Shown here piece after piece: positions 32,901-44,500 of a stretch of DNA of 64,000 nucleotides. This stretch comes from Amphiscolops sp. MND2022. Taxonomy: Eukaryota. Each line of letters begins with the position of its first letter. The stretch's first letter is position 1. The stretch spans positions 43,402,001 through 43,466,000 of the forward strand of contig OZ076409.1 in NCBI GenBank assembly GCA_964187785.1, in the 5' to 3' direction. Below the pieces are notes generated by a model that saw only the letters and a list, made by a program, of their open reading frames with translations, did not search any database and was not told the DNA's origin. A program made the position numbers and the translations under genes.

Positions 32901-35145
32901 AGCGAAAGAAAACAATCAACGAGAATCAATTGATGTTACCTTGAGGGTTGAACAAACAAAGAAAATGTACCTGAACGCAAAACAAAAAAGTTGCACAGTG
33001 ACTGAAAATCCCATAGACTTCTAGATCGCAAAAAAGTGTCGGAATTTAAGAAGAGGTACCTCCCTAGTAAAACGCAATTCACTTCGGATATAACGTCAAA
33101 AGTTCGGATATTGTGTTTTTCTTAAAAAGTAGATAAAGAGTGTGAGTATGAGATCGTGCCAAAGTTTTACCATGGCATCATTGTTGAAATATTTTTCTTC
33201 AGAACAGATATAACATTTTTCTTCGACTTTTCGCGGTTGAAACATAAGCCGGAATCGCTATTATACACAGGGATTTGTATGAATCCATTGGAAGATCAAT
33301 AATATCGGCTCAGCGATAAAGCAGCGAGAAAATAAAACTTCACAGACATTCTAATTAACTGAAAAAAAGTGTGCAAGTCCTGAGACTAGAATATTTTAGA
33401 AACCCTCAGATCTATATTGTTCGAGGTATCGAATTCAACAAGCAATAGAACAGTTGATTTGAAAAGTTTTTTTTCAACCCGTATCATTCGAGGGTGATCG
33501 CAGACCATAAGGTAAAAAATAGAGAATCGGTAAACATGCAGATTGCAGGTAAATCAAGTGAAATGACGTTTCCAGGTTCTTTAACGACATCAAACTTGGG
33601 AAATTGTGTCAAATGCATAAATTTTGAGCGGTACGCACTAGGAATATACATGAAGAATAAATATCCCGATTATTATATTTTATACATGTATCCAGTGGCC
33701 TAGAATGTTGTTTTCTTGTGTTGAATTTTCTGATAATCGAAAAACGAGAGGAGATGGCTTTTGCCTTTTTATTACTTCTGCGATAGCAGAAACAATATTA
33801 AAATCTCAACAGTTCAATTTTTTTAGTTCAATTTTCGTCGTGATATCGAGTGCCTACTGAAAATTTTAGACGAATTGTTCGGCAGAGAGTGGTAAGCGTG
33901 ATAATCATATTTCTTAAGCTGCCGACAACATTTCGTTTTTCGTGCGATGGAACGAGCGATTAGTGATTATGCATTTGTACGCCGAATTCATCGAGGTGAA
34001 ACGAGCCAATGTTCCTAATTTTGCTTTCGTACGCCGAGTTATTGAGATAAAGCGAACGAATGGTAATTATTCGTTCGTCGAGAATTTCGCTTGCATTCAA
34101 TACTTCGTCTACGCTTAGTAGTTGTTTTCTTTAGTCCGAGAAGAATTAAAGGTGGTGTGAACTGGTAGAGTGATTATTTGTTCGCTATGTAAATGATTAA
34201 GATATGCTTCTTTTATTAAACGTGAAAGCCTAAAAGCAGAAATCATACTGTGCCCGCAGGGGCCTTTTTCAAAAACACGAAAAGGTTTACCAGATTCCAT
34301 TGGGTTCAGAGAAAAACAGTCCTTGGAGCCCTCCAGGAGCGATGTGGTTCTGTGAATATGGCCCCAGGCGAAAGCTTCTGTGTTGTGCCTTCGAAGCTCT
34401 CTGCTAAGGGACTATATTTGTGGAGCTAGAATCCATCACTTATTCTTCACGAACTCTATATCCAAAAAAGGCTGAATTTCGATGCATTCAGTTTTTTGTG
34501 AATTCCTAATGTTCCAGCAAAAAGCTTTGAAGTGGGGTCACCCGAGCTGCCGACAACCTCATCATTTTGAATGATATCAATTGTGACACATGGTCGCTAA
34601 GTTTCAAAACAGAACCCGGGCGTATGACACCACTTCGTCAACAGAACCCGGGCATATGACACCACTTCGTCCACATTATGCGTACCCCAGGGCATCATCA
34701 TGTGAAGCAAAATATTGTCACTCGATCTCCAAAAACCCACCTGAGGGACCAGCCGCGTTTGGTCTCAGAAGGACGTTGCTTCCTAGGCTGACAACTTCTG
34801 CACCTCCAAAGATTTTTTCAACAATCAGTCAGTCGCGTCTGCTGTACCCCATTCGTTCGTTGTGGCGCGCTGGGGCCCATTGGTCTCTAAACAAACTACA
34901 ACCGTCTAGGAACAGTCGAGCAAAAGAAAACAATCAACGAGAATCAATTGATGTTACCTTGAGGGTTGAACAAACAAAGAAAATGTACCTGAACGCAAAA
35001 CAAAAAAGTTGCACAGTGACTGAAAATCCCATAGACTTCTAGATCGCAAAAAAGTGTCGGAATTTAAGAAGAGGTACCTCCCAAGTAAAACGCAATTCAC
35101 TTCGGATATAACGTCAAAAGTTCGGATATTGTGTTTTTCTTAAAA
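23951..35145. repeat. Nested tandem duplications: 5.1-kb unit x2, built from ~1.2-kb and ~2.0-kb subunits
   Basis: ORF offsets 24014->29109 (5095) and 27471->32572->34590 (5101, 2018). The marker aaaagtagataaagagtgtgag occurs at ~24786, 26011, 28024, 29881, 31106 and 33126. Confidence 0.95.
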
Positions 35146-35710
35146 AGGAAGATTCGATTCTCCCTTAAAAAACACAATTTACTTAGAATGTAACGTCAGA
35201 GTTTTTTATGTAGTGCAATATTTTGTTCATATCAGAAAAGGCAATTCAAATAGTTCAGTTCCCTCGGCCAAATGATTCATTTGAGGATTTTGTAAAACTT
35301 TGTTGAATTGTTTTGCTCAGTTCGTGTTGATTGAAAACAAAGCGCCGAATGAAAAGTGGCTAAAAGGTTTCTCGGCTATCCAAAATTTTGAAATTTGGGC
35401 GGAAATCTTTATCGTTCAGTTATATTACATTTCCGTTCTACTTGCAATGCTTGCTTTTTGATAATGTCCAACTCATACCCTCGAAATTAATGCGATGTAG
35501 AATTTTTCCGTGGCTATAGGCGTACTCACTTTTTTGTCTTGTATTTTTCGCATAAACAGCAATCGATATCAGTTTTGCGAAGACCAGGAATAGTTCGAGA
35601 ATTATCTCGGAGCCCTTTGACTGGTTCACCCGGTATTTCAAGTCCGATTGAGTTAAGTGTTACTCCTTTTTTGATAATGGTCCTAATTCTCCAATTTTGC
35701 GTGTTCTCCA

Positions 35711-35874
35711 GGAATCGGCGGGTGTGTCACATCCTGGGTATGTGGTCATCAGTCAGACGATGGGTGGCTCTGGACAAAAGCAGCCGGCACTGCAAGGAAG
35801 CAGACTGCTCATCAAGAATGAACCACGCGAAACGTGCGAAGGGGCCTTCACAGATCTGGTGCTGATTTCGAAAG
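35711..35874 (+). CDS. MVB12: Internal exon of an MVB12-like gene (ESCRT-I subunit, MABP domain)
   Basis: ttctccag|GAA...AAAG|gtaaat. The peptide PGYVVISQT...RLLIKNEPRETCEGAFTDLVLISK matches the MVB12B pattern GFIPIQET...RLCIKFIPRDSTEAAICDIRI (recalled from memory). Confidence 0.75.
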
Positions 35875-36500
35875 GTAAATGATTCGGACCCCATTGCTGT
35901 TGAAGCAGCACCACATTAATGCGATTAGTTTGCAACTGTAGTCGATAAAAGCAATGGATAATGCCACTTGATCAATAATATCAAGAGTTCTCGTTGTCAA
36001 AAACAGTACAGTATTTTTGAAGGTAAATGTTAATCAGATGCCATGTATCGGTTTTTGCTGATTGAATTTTGGTGTTTGCGGAGACTGGCGTATGCAATAA
36101 CTCCTATATTATGGATGCGGGACAAAACAGCCGATTTCTGAAACTGGACAAAATGGCCGATATTTAATATTAGAAAAATGAATAGGTAAGACATTATTAT
36201 CATTAACAACAAAAAGCATTGTTGAATACTTGAGACGGAAAAATCGAAGACAGTCTCCTGAGTTGGAACATCCGATAAAACAAAATACTCAATGTGGCAT
36301 TTTTTTCAACACATTGCTGTTGTAATTTCGTAATTAGTATTCTCTTTGTGCTGATTATCTTTGAATATTGTGTTCACTTTAATGATGAATTAATCGGCTG
36401 TTTGTCCTGCTCCTCTATTTTGTTTGACATCCTACCAAATAACTTCTTTAATTTGCCTCAATTATATTTGACTCGCCAACATTTCGCGACACTCTCCGAA

Positions 36501-36918
36501 CAATGCGGGACAAAACAGTCGATTTTAAAACGAGACAAAACAGCCAATTTTCGAAACGATACAAAACAGCCGATTTTCAAAACGGGACATAACAGCCGAT
36601 TTTCAAAGCGGAACAAAATGAGCGCTGTTACAGCCAATATGCATGGAACTTGATTTATTTGAAGATGTTCATATTTGTTGTAGGGCTCGGTCGCTTCGCT
36701 GTCTTCGCCAAGTAGCAACATTGAGGCATGCCCATATGGCACGTCGCTTCGCTTCGCTCCTGCATTTAGGGCACTAGGGGTATGTGAACATATCTGACTA
36801 CGTTATAATAATTATTTTATTGACTGCTAATCTTACGCATTTACAAAATCGGCGATTTTTATTTTTACCAATCGGCGATTTTGTACCTTTTTATAATCGG
36901 CTGTTTTGTCCCGCTCCC
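36501..36918. mobile_element. MITE with GACAAAACAGCCGATT subterminal repeats and the shared internal core (intronic)
   Basis: Left end gcgggacaaaacagtcgatt repeats; right end aatcggctgttttgtcccgc. Core 36670-36810 is the reverse complement of ~8515-8660. Confidence 0.75.
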
Positions 36919-37312
36919 CTCCGATAAAGACTACTTCTTGCTATCAAATAAGCTCAAATACGTAACCGGACCAAAAACAGGGTTTTCCTTTTGAGACTGT
37001 GGATTTTCACTCTTGTTGAAAACTTTGATATCACATGTGCTTTGTCAATCACTGACCATCTTGGATAAATCCAAACATCGTTGAACCGAAGTTTGTCTGT
37101 GAAATTAACTACTTATCGTATAGTAGATTCCTGAGATATATCAAGTAAATACTGAAACTTCAAAGTATACAAAACTATTTGCCATTGATTCAAGAAAAGT
37201 AAAGAAGTGAGTGGAATGCAAAGATTCAAGTTTCAGTTAAAGTTATAATCGCACCATTTGGGTTTGCTCAATTGTATTCCAGAGTAAAGTTGCTATAGTC
37301 AACTGTTTTTAG

Positions 37313-37818
37313 GAGGAAAACTTGATAAATCAGTCACTACCAACTACATTAAGATCGGAGAGCTGAACGGGATGTTCCTTTTTGGAAAATGGAAAAACCT
37401 GCCACCGCCGAGTCAGAACAACGCATGCAATGGGATATATCCCTCTGTCAATCCAAATCAATACGACTCTTCTAAGACGTTCAACAACAACAACGAAGAA
37501 ACCGCTGAAGGCTTCACAATGATCGGAAGCTCGCAGAACCCTGCAATGCACAATGGAAGTAACCACAACACAGCTGTGTTCAGGCCAAACAATCAATGGT
37601 CTGCGATGACTTTGGAAAGACAGAAAAGCGAGATTCTGACTACAGGAATTGACGGAATCTCCTTCCAGCTCCACCCGAAATACATGAATTGTTCCACTCC
37701 CGGCACAGGCAGCGACTCCGTTTTTGTCCTGCCTCAGTTCGAAATTAAAACTGCTCAGCAAATTGCAGCAGAATCACAGTATTCTGTTGATCTAGAAATG
37801 TCCTTAATTCATGCTTGA
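37313..37818 (+). CDS. MVB12: Terminal exon of the MVB12-like gene (end of MABP domain plus UMA domain)
   Basis: tttttag|GA is phase-compatible with the previous exon. NYIKIGELNGM resembles YTFIGELNSM. UMA-like GIDGISFQL...IKTAQQIAAESQYSVDLE. Confidence 0.8.
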
Positions 37819-38066
37819 TGCTTGATCTTCTATTTTTGAATAATTCTTGTTAGATTCCCAAAATATCCGCAACTTATTTATGCAAATTCAATATTAGATT
37901 TCATCAAGTTTTGTGGAGAAAGCAATGGCATGTTCAGCAAAATGGAAAGCTAACTGTTGGACAGAACTGCTTCGGAGATACGGTACCTACTATACCTTGA
38001 ATGACATTCGATCCGCATTTCCTAATGATAAGGAAGTGAATTTTCACTAATTCCAGAAGTAATGAG

Positions 38067-38382
38067 GGTACTCCTGACTAAGTGTGGTCCCTACAAAACT
38101 TATGCAGCCGGCCTGAAAACTCTTGACTAAGTGTGGTCCCTAGAAGGGTTAGCATATTTGTTGTATGGCTCGGTCGCTTCGCTCCCTTCGCCAAGTAACA
38201 ACATCGAGGCATTTAGGGCACTAGGGGTATGTGAACATAGCTGACATTATAATAATTCTCACTGAATATGCAGGGACCACACAATAATAATTCTCACTGA
38301 ATATGCAGAGACCACACTTATAAAATAGGGACCACACTTAGTAAGGAGAAATCGCTTGGGACCACACTTAGTCAGGAGTACC
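38067..38382. mobile_element. MITE with a 25-bp perfect TIR, 8-bp TSD and the shared internal core
   Basis: GGTACTCCTGACTAAGTGTGGTCCC...GGGACCACACTTAGTCAGGAGTACC; TSD GTAATGAG at 38059-38066 and 38383-38390. Confidence 0.9.
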
Positions 38383-40370
38383 GTAATGAGTTTTCTAAAG
38401 TTCATATCGGCAGCGAGCTTCATGAGCCTTGCAATCAATTATGGCCTGGGGAGCCTGAATGTTTGTATATTGCAAACAGTACCGAATGAAAAACTTGAAA
38501 GGTAGTTGAGAGTCTTTCGTGTTCTGTACTACACTAATGCGCATAAATTCACTATATTTTGCATAAATTGCACTTTTTACTGACCCGCAAGAAAAACTAT
38601 CCACTACAAGTGTGGACAAGCCTAAAATGGCTACAGAACAAAATAACAGAGGAACAAAAACATTGTTCAGACAAAGTCCCACCAATTGTGCAAAGTACAA
38701 ATGCAGTTGTACAAATATACAAAATAGAATGTAGTTCAGATAATGTACAATTGGGTGCACAAACTTCAATCTAATGTATTACGGCAACTGTTAAATTGTC
38801 GGAGGTATGTCGACAAAATAACTCTTGAAAACTTTAAACCTATTCTCGAAGATTTCTAGTTATCTAAGTTATAATTGAGGTTCAAACAGGCTAGGATCGG
38901 CATACGTCTGTGCCCCACTTGAAACTTGAAGAAAGCAGAGTCCCTTGAATAAGCTCTGATCTGATTTTAAAAGACTCTGGATGTGCCTAAAGCATCCAAA
39001 CAGAGACCCTCTGGATTCTAAAAAAACTTCCTAACTGAAAACCATAAGTCAAAAGGACGTTGAGATCAGAAAGATTTCGGAACAAACAGTGCCCTCAAAA
39101 TCTTGAAAGTGGCCATTTAGTCACAACTTAATATCAAATGAAATGAAAAATTTCTTTGGCTGCTTTGGAAGCTTTTTTATATCTTAGCCACAGAAAGGAA
39201 GCAATTTTTGGTCAGTTCTATCAAATTGATATGTAGTCGGAGAAAAATTTCTGCCCCGAAATGATTTAACAGACATAAAACTTAGTTTGAGATCATTAAA
39301 AATGTTGCTCAGAAGCTGATTCATTTATTGAATCCTGCAGAAACTCAGAACTAGTAATCCATCTGAAAAATTGTTTTTAAAAAAAGAAACATGCTCAGTG
39401 GCTTAGCACGGGGATTTCTCGAGCTCGTTCAGCGATGACATATTTATCAGTCGAAAATTATCGAATTTTCAAAAAGAACTTTGAATTTCGACACTTCATA
39501 CATTTTATCCTTTCCTTTTCCTGAAACAACTGCTCTTTCTTAAAATATGTTGGGTATCTGGTACTTTGTTTTTTTCAACCTTCTGAAGTACTATATTCTT
39601 ACTGCTATAAGCAATAAAACATATGCTAATTATACAAACGTTCCGTTTTTGAACTTTGCGGATAAAAATTTTCAAAAATTGCATACCAAGGTTGAAGTCG
39701 AAAAAATATATATTTATTTTCGGTCTTTTTGTGCACTTTTCGAACAGTGAATTTCAAACTTCTCAAAATTAGTGCTGTGTGGCTAATAGTTTTGTCATCG
39801 ACTTCTGGACATTCCTACCCCGAAAACGTTTTGAACCTGATCGAAACAGCAAGAAACTAGTCGAATAAATGTCGCTTTCGGAAACTTCAGAGTCATTTCG
39901 CGGTCACTTTGGGGACTTTTTCAAGCAAACTTACTGGTAGAAAATTTCTGTATAAAAACTACAATTCTACTTCGTTATTAATATTTCTGCGATAGCAGGA
40001 ATGCTATAGAAATATGACAGACGCAACTTTTTCCAGCCGACTCTGTTCGTGATCCGAGTACCTACTGACCAATTCAGATATCTCATTTTGTTCGGCATTG
40101 AGTGTAAGCGTAATATTTATATTACTCAAGCTGCCTACGATAATTCAATTTTGGTGCGATGAAGCGAGCGATTAGTGATTATGCATTCATACGCGAAGTC
40201 ATTGAGTTGAACCGGATGAGTGTTGATTATTTGTTCGTCGAGAGCTTCGCCGAAAATTCAAGTCCGAATGCGAAACATCGTATATGCTTAGTTGTTATAT
40301 TTTTTCAGTCCGAGAAGAACTGAAGCGCTGTTAACAGGTGCAGTGATTAAAGGTCCGCTTTATAATTATT

Positions 40371-40872
40371 AACGGGAACGGCCCAAGTCAGCACCATATC
40401 TAAAGCTCAAAAATAGCAAAAGGACTTCCAAGTGTCAAGTATTCTCTTCTACAGTACCCGCGTGAGAAAAAAATTGAAAAAAATCCGAATTTCTTTGATA
40501 AGTCTCATAGTGCCGAAAAATGTAAAAGAAGACCATTTGGGAGTTTTCGAAATCCATTCTTTTACAAAATAGAAAAAAATGAAGGGGGACCCTTTCCAGA
40601 CATTTAAAAATCTTGCGAAAAAAAGTATCACAAAGACGAAAAAACCTGCACAATTAATTTTTGGTCAAGGGCGGGACTCGAACCCACGTCCTTCTGTTCG
40701 GCAGACCTCAAAAAGCCGCATTCTCTATGCAAAGTGCCAGTAGAAGTAGTGTGGCACAGTTTAATGTTAGTGCGAGTCAGCTTATAAAGTTTATAAAATC
40801 TGTCAGTTCGTTGGTCTTAAAAAAGTCATTACTACAGTCTGCGTTTTTCTACGAAAAAGCACCGACTAAAAA
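40371..40872 (-). mobile_element. Helentron-like non-autonomous element (HINE-type)
   Basis: Minus strand 5' TTTTTAGTCGGTGC ... 3' GTGCTGACTTGGGCCGTTCCCGTT. Same family as 47998-48546. It interrupts a dispersed repeat homologous to 26660-27150. Confidence 0.55.
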
Positions 40873-41508
40873 GGAGTACAGTTAGTTATTCCAGATATGC
40901 TTCTATTTTTGAACAGAAATAATACTATGCCCGCAGGGTTCTCTTTTTGATTGAATGTGTATGAACTTTCATCTTTTTGAAACAAAATTGAAACCTCTAT
41001 GTTTGAACATTGCCGAATCTAGAAAAAATGGCGGTCAGCTATTAATTTTTCCCTTTTTCATATGGCAATTGTTCAAAGAAAGCTGGCATTGCCATTAGCA
41101 TCGACTGGGAAAAAGAAGCTTTGATTTTGAATAATTGAAAGCGATTATCCTATTTCATTTCTAACGTTAAATCATACTTCTGAAAAGTGATACTGACTGA
41201 CGCAGAGCTTTACTTTCACGAACGAGGAAAATAGTTCCATAAGAAGAAGCATTAGACACACCACAGTTTTTTCCTGTCGTTTTTCAATACCAAATTTTGC
41301 TCCCGTACAAAAAAGTTTTTCTTAAGTTGTTTCAAGTTCCTGGCTTCCAACCAGAGTTCTGTAATATACTCACGTATAGAATCATTCGAAGGTAGTTTGT
41401 TGATCGTTCGAAGGTCGTTGTTCGTATCTTGTTTTCACATTCATGAATTAATTGATGATCCAACGTGGCAAATAATCCAAAGATGTAAAGTTTTACGACT
41501 TTGGATAT

Positions 41509-44500
41509 TGTTTCTTCTAAGTCTGCCGGTTCGGTGAGTAAGAAAAGACGTTTTTAACATAACATCGGGGTTCGAAATATCTTTGTCAAAATACATACTA
41601 AGGCTGTATGAGATTCAGTCATCAACAAAAACGGATAGGCGTTTGAGCCTGCATCAGTTCAGTGAACACAAAACAGCAGCTTTAATATAACAAGAACACG
41701 AACTTAGGCACCGATTATGAAATTTTCATCACAGTGCGTACAATTAAATGTCAATGAAATTAGAAAGTTTAGAACAAAAAGTCAGCTGTTAGTCAAAATG
41801 AATTGTCAGCCATTTTTACAAGTCAAATAAATTCAGAGGACAAGAGGTTTGTGCTCATGTTTTATGGTTATTCAAAAAAGGAATTGGTTCGTCCGAACCG
41901 TCCTTTGGCGGGTTCGAAAACCCATCGGTAACGTAAAGGTTAACGTTCGTACCGTTAAAAATCGGTAGGTTAAATAGCTTAAACACGTTTTTCATTTTCT
42001 GTTGACGAACAATTGTCAACATTCTCCGCCCCGAAATATGTCGGCTCAAACAACGGCAGAAGTTTTATCAAGGGGTCTCGTATATGTTCGGGATTTCGAA
42101 GTCAAAGTTGCGGATCGCGCAATGCTGTCTGAACCATAACTTAGCGAGTCAATTAATGCAGTAGGGTGATGGCCTCTGGGATTGGACGCTTCAATTATCC
42201 AGACAAGAACACCTGGGTTCAGGGCTGTGCGGTTTTCCGTGGCCCATTTATTTCGGCGATTAAGTAAGGGAATACACTCTTTCAACTACCTTGCCCAGAT
42301 TGCATCGGAGTAGGCTTGTGCCCGTGCGTACCGTTTCCGATGGTTGAAGTCTATTGCGGAGGTACTAGTGGGAGGAAATCCGGGGTTCGGTCGACCGAGG
42401 AGAAAATGAATGGGCGTCAATGCATCTGTGTCATTTAGATCGAAGCTCACCGGGGTTAATGGTCGCCCCGGTTAATGGTCCAATGTCTGTTCGACCAAAC
42501 AGAAGACGACCATGAGGATTTTATCGGTGAGACGACGGTCGCCAAGGATGGAACAGAAGACCCGTTTTCAACTGCGGACTAAACGCTCCCACGATCCACT
42601 TTGGAGAGATGTAGCAGGAGGTTTGAAGTTGCTCCTAATTTTCTTGTGAACCAGGAGTTCGGGTGCTTCCCCATTGTTTTTGCTTGTGTTTTCGACTAGT
42701 TCAGTCTTCCTCCCGACGAATTACGTACCATTGTCTGACCAAATTACGGAAAACGTTCCGCGGCGCGCGGCAAATGTGAGTATTCCCAAGACACACGAAT
42801 TGGTGTCTAGAGAAGAGACGACTTTTGGGTGTACAGCTCGGGTTGTCAAGCACGTGAATAAAAAACCTCATCGCTTCTCGCTCGATCGCCGTACTGTCAC
42901 AAAAAGCGGGCCAAAATATTCCACACCGGTCATTGTGAAAGGTGGTTTTTGGAACGAAAGTCGCTCCTTCGGAAGGTCTGCCATCATACGCGATAACGTC
43001 TCGGCCTTTCTACGACGACACACCAGACAGGAATTTTCAGTCTTTGCTGGATATTCCTAAATTTAAGAACGGCATAGCGTTGTTGGACTTGAGCCCGCAT
43101 GAAGTCCACACCTGTGTGGTAATGCATTTCATGTAGGTGTTGGACAAGCCTGTGTCGATCGTCCAGAATGATTAGATGCTTGACATCGTAAGTGATTTCG
43201 CTCAGACGTTTGAGACGACCGGCTGCTAGCACTAATGAACGGTGAAAAGGCACGTATGTTTCGGGTGAAGGTGTTTTCCATCAAGGAGGTTTATCATTTC
43301 AAGGTAGAACGATTCACGTTGTGCCATGGACAATAACTTTGATTTAGCGAGAGACGGTTCAGAATAAACAACAATCTTTCTGTCGGGCGGTCGGAAGTGA
43401 CTGTTTCAGGAGGATGCGCAGTACATAAACCATATTGCGCTGTAGTTTCTTGAAGGAACTGAAGTTTTCCCATCGGATTATTTCCAGTGGACTTTCGGCT
43501 ATCTCGGAGGAGGGTAAGGCACTTTCCGCGTCAGTACTGTTTTGCAGATTGTTGAGAACAGCGTTGTCAGGTTGGAAGTGTCAATCACCTGACCGCAACA
43601 ATTCAGGACCCAAATACTAACGGCTAAACTTGAGGGCTTCTGCGGAGAGGCCTCTAGTCCCAGCGTCGGCGGGGCTAATATAAATCTCTGATCTAAGGTT
43701 GTCAGATCTAAAACTTCGCAAACTCTGTTCGCAATGAAGATGAGTTGCTTTGCAGTAGTTTGTAACCAATGCACCAATGCACAACCGTGATACTATCGGA
43801 CCAAAGAAAGGCGTTATGGGAGCTACACGGGCTTTTCCGATGACAAATGACAAAAACGGATTTCTTTTGGTAGCTACACACGGCCTTCCTCGGAAAAAAA
43901 GTGACAAAGCTGAAGACCTCCTAAGAACTGTCCCCAAGTACGAGCAATTCAATTTCGTCAACATCAACGGGGAAATAGCTACGGGGGGTTATCATTTCGC
44001 TTCGTCGGGGTAACTCGTTTGTCCATTTAGTAATTTCCTGGGCTGTGTCAGTTGAGAGTTGGTCATCCCAGAAGTATAGTGACTTCGATGGGGGAATTTT
44101 CCAAATCGGACTCGAAATTTTCCATCGGTAGGATGGCATGAATCGCATCCTGTCCCAAAAATAGTTCCACATCAGAGTAGCGGTATCTTTCGGCTTTTAA
44201 CGTTGCAAGGTGTGGGTAACTTGATTGGAGAGACGCATAACGGATGACGTCAGTGCCAACGTTGATTTTTTTCAGGTAGGGAGACAATTTATAGGTCTCT
44301 CGCGATCCGTCCAGACTCGACAAATTCAGCTCCACCATTCCAGGATTAACAACTTCTTGGCAGTTGATACAATTTTACTGTCAACCAACTCAAATGGGTC
44401 AACCTTCCAGTTTCATATCCCGGGCGAGCTTCCGTGTCATCTACGAATTACTACAGGACAAATCGCAGATAGCCCTTGCTGTTTGTGGACACGTGAAGCT

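Noticed and set aside
35711..37818. Functional link between MVB12 (ESCRT, virus budding) and the Polinton
   Set aside because: The gene lies 12 kb outside the TIR; only proximity supports a link.
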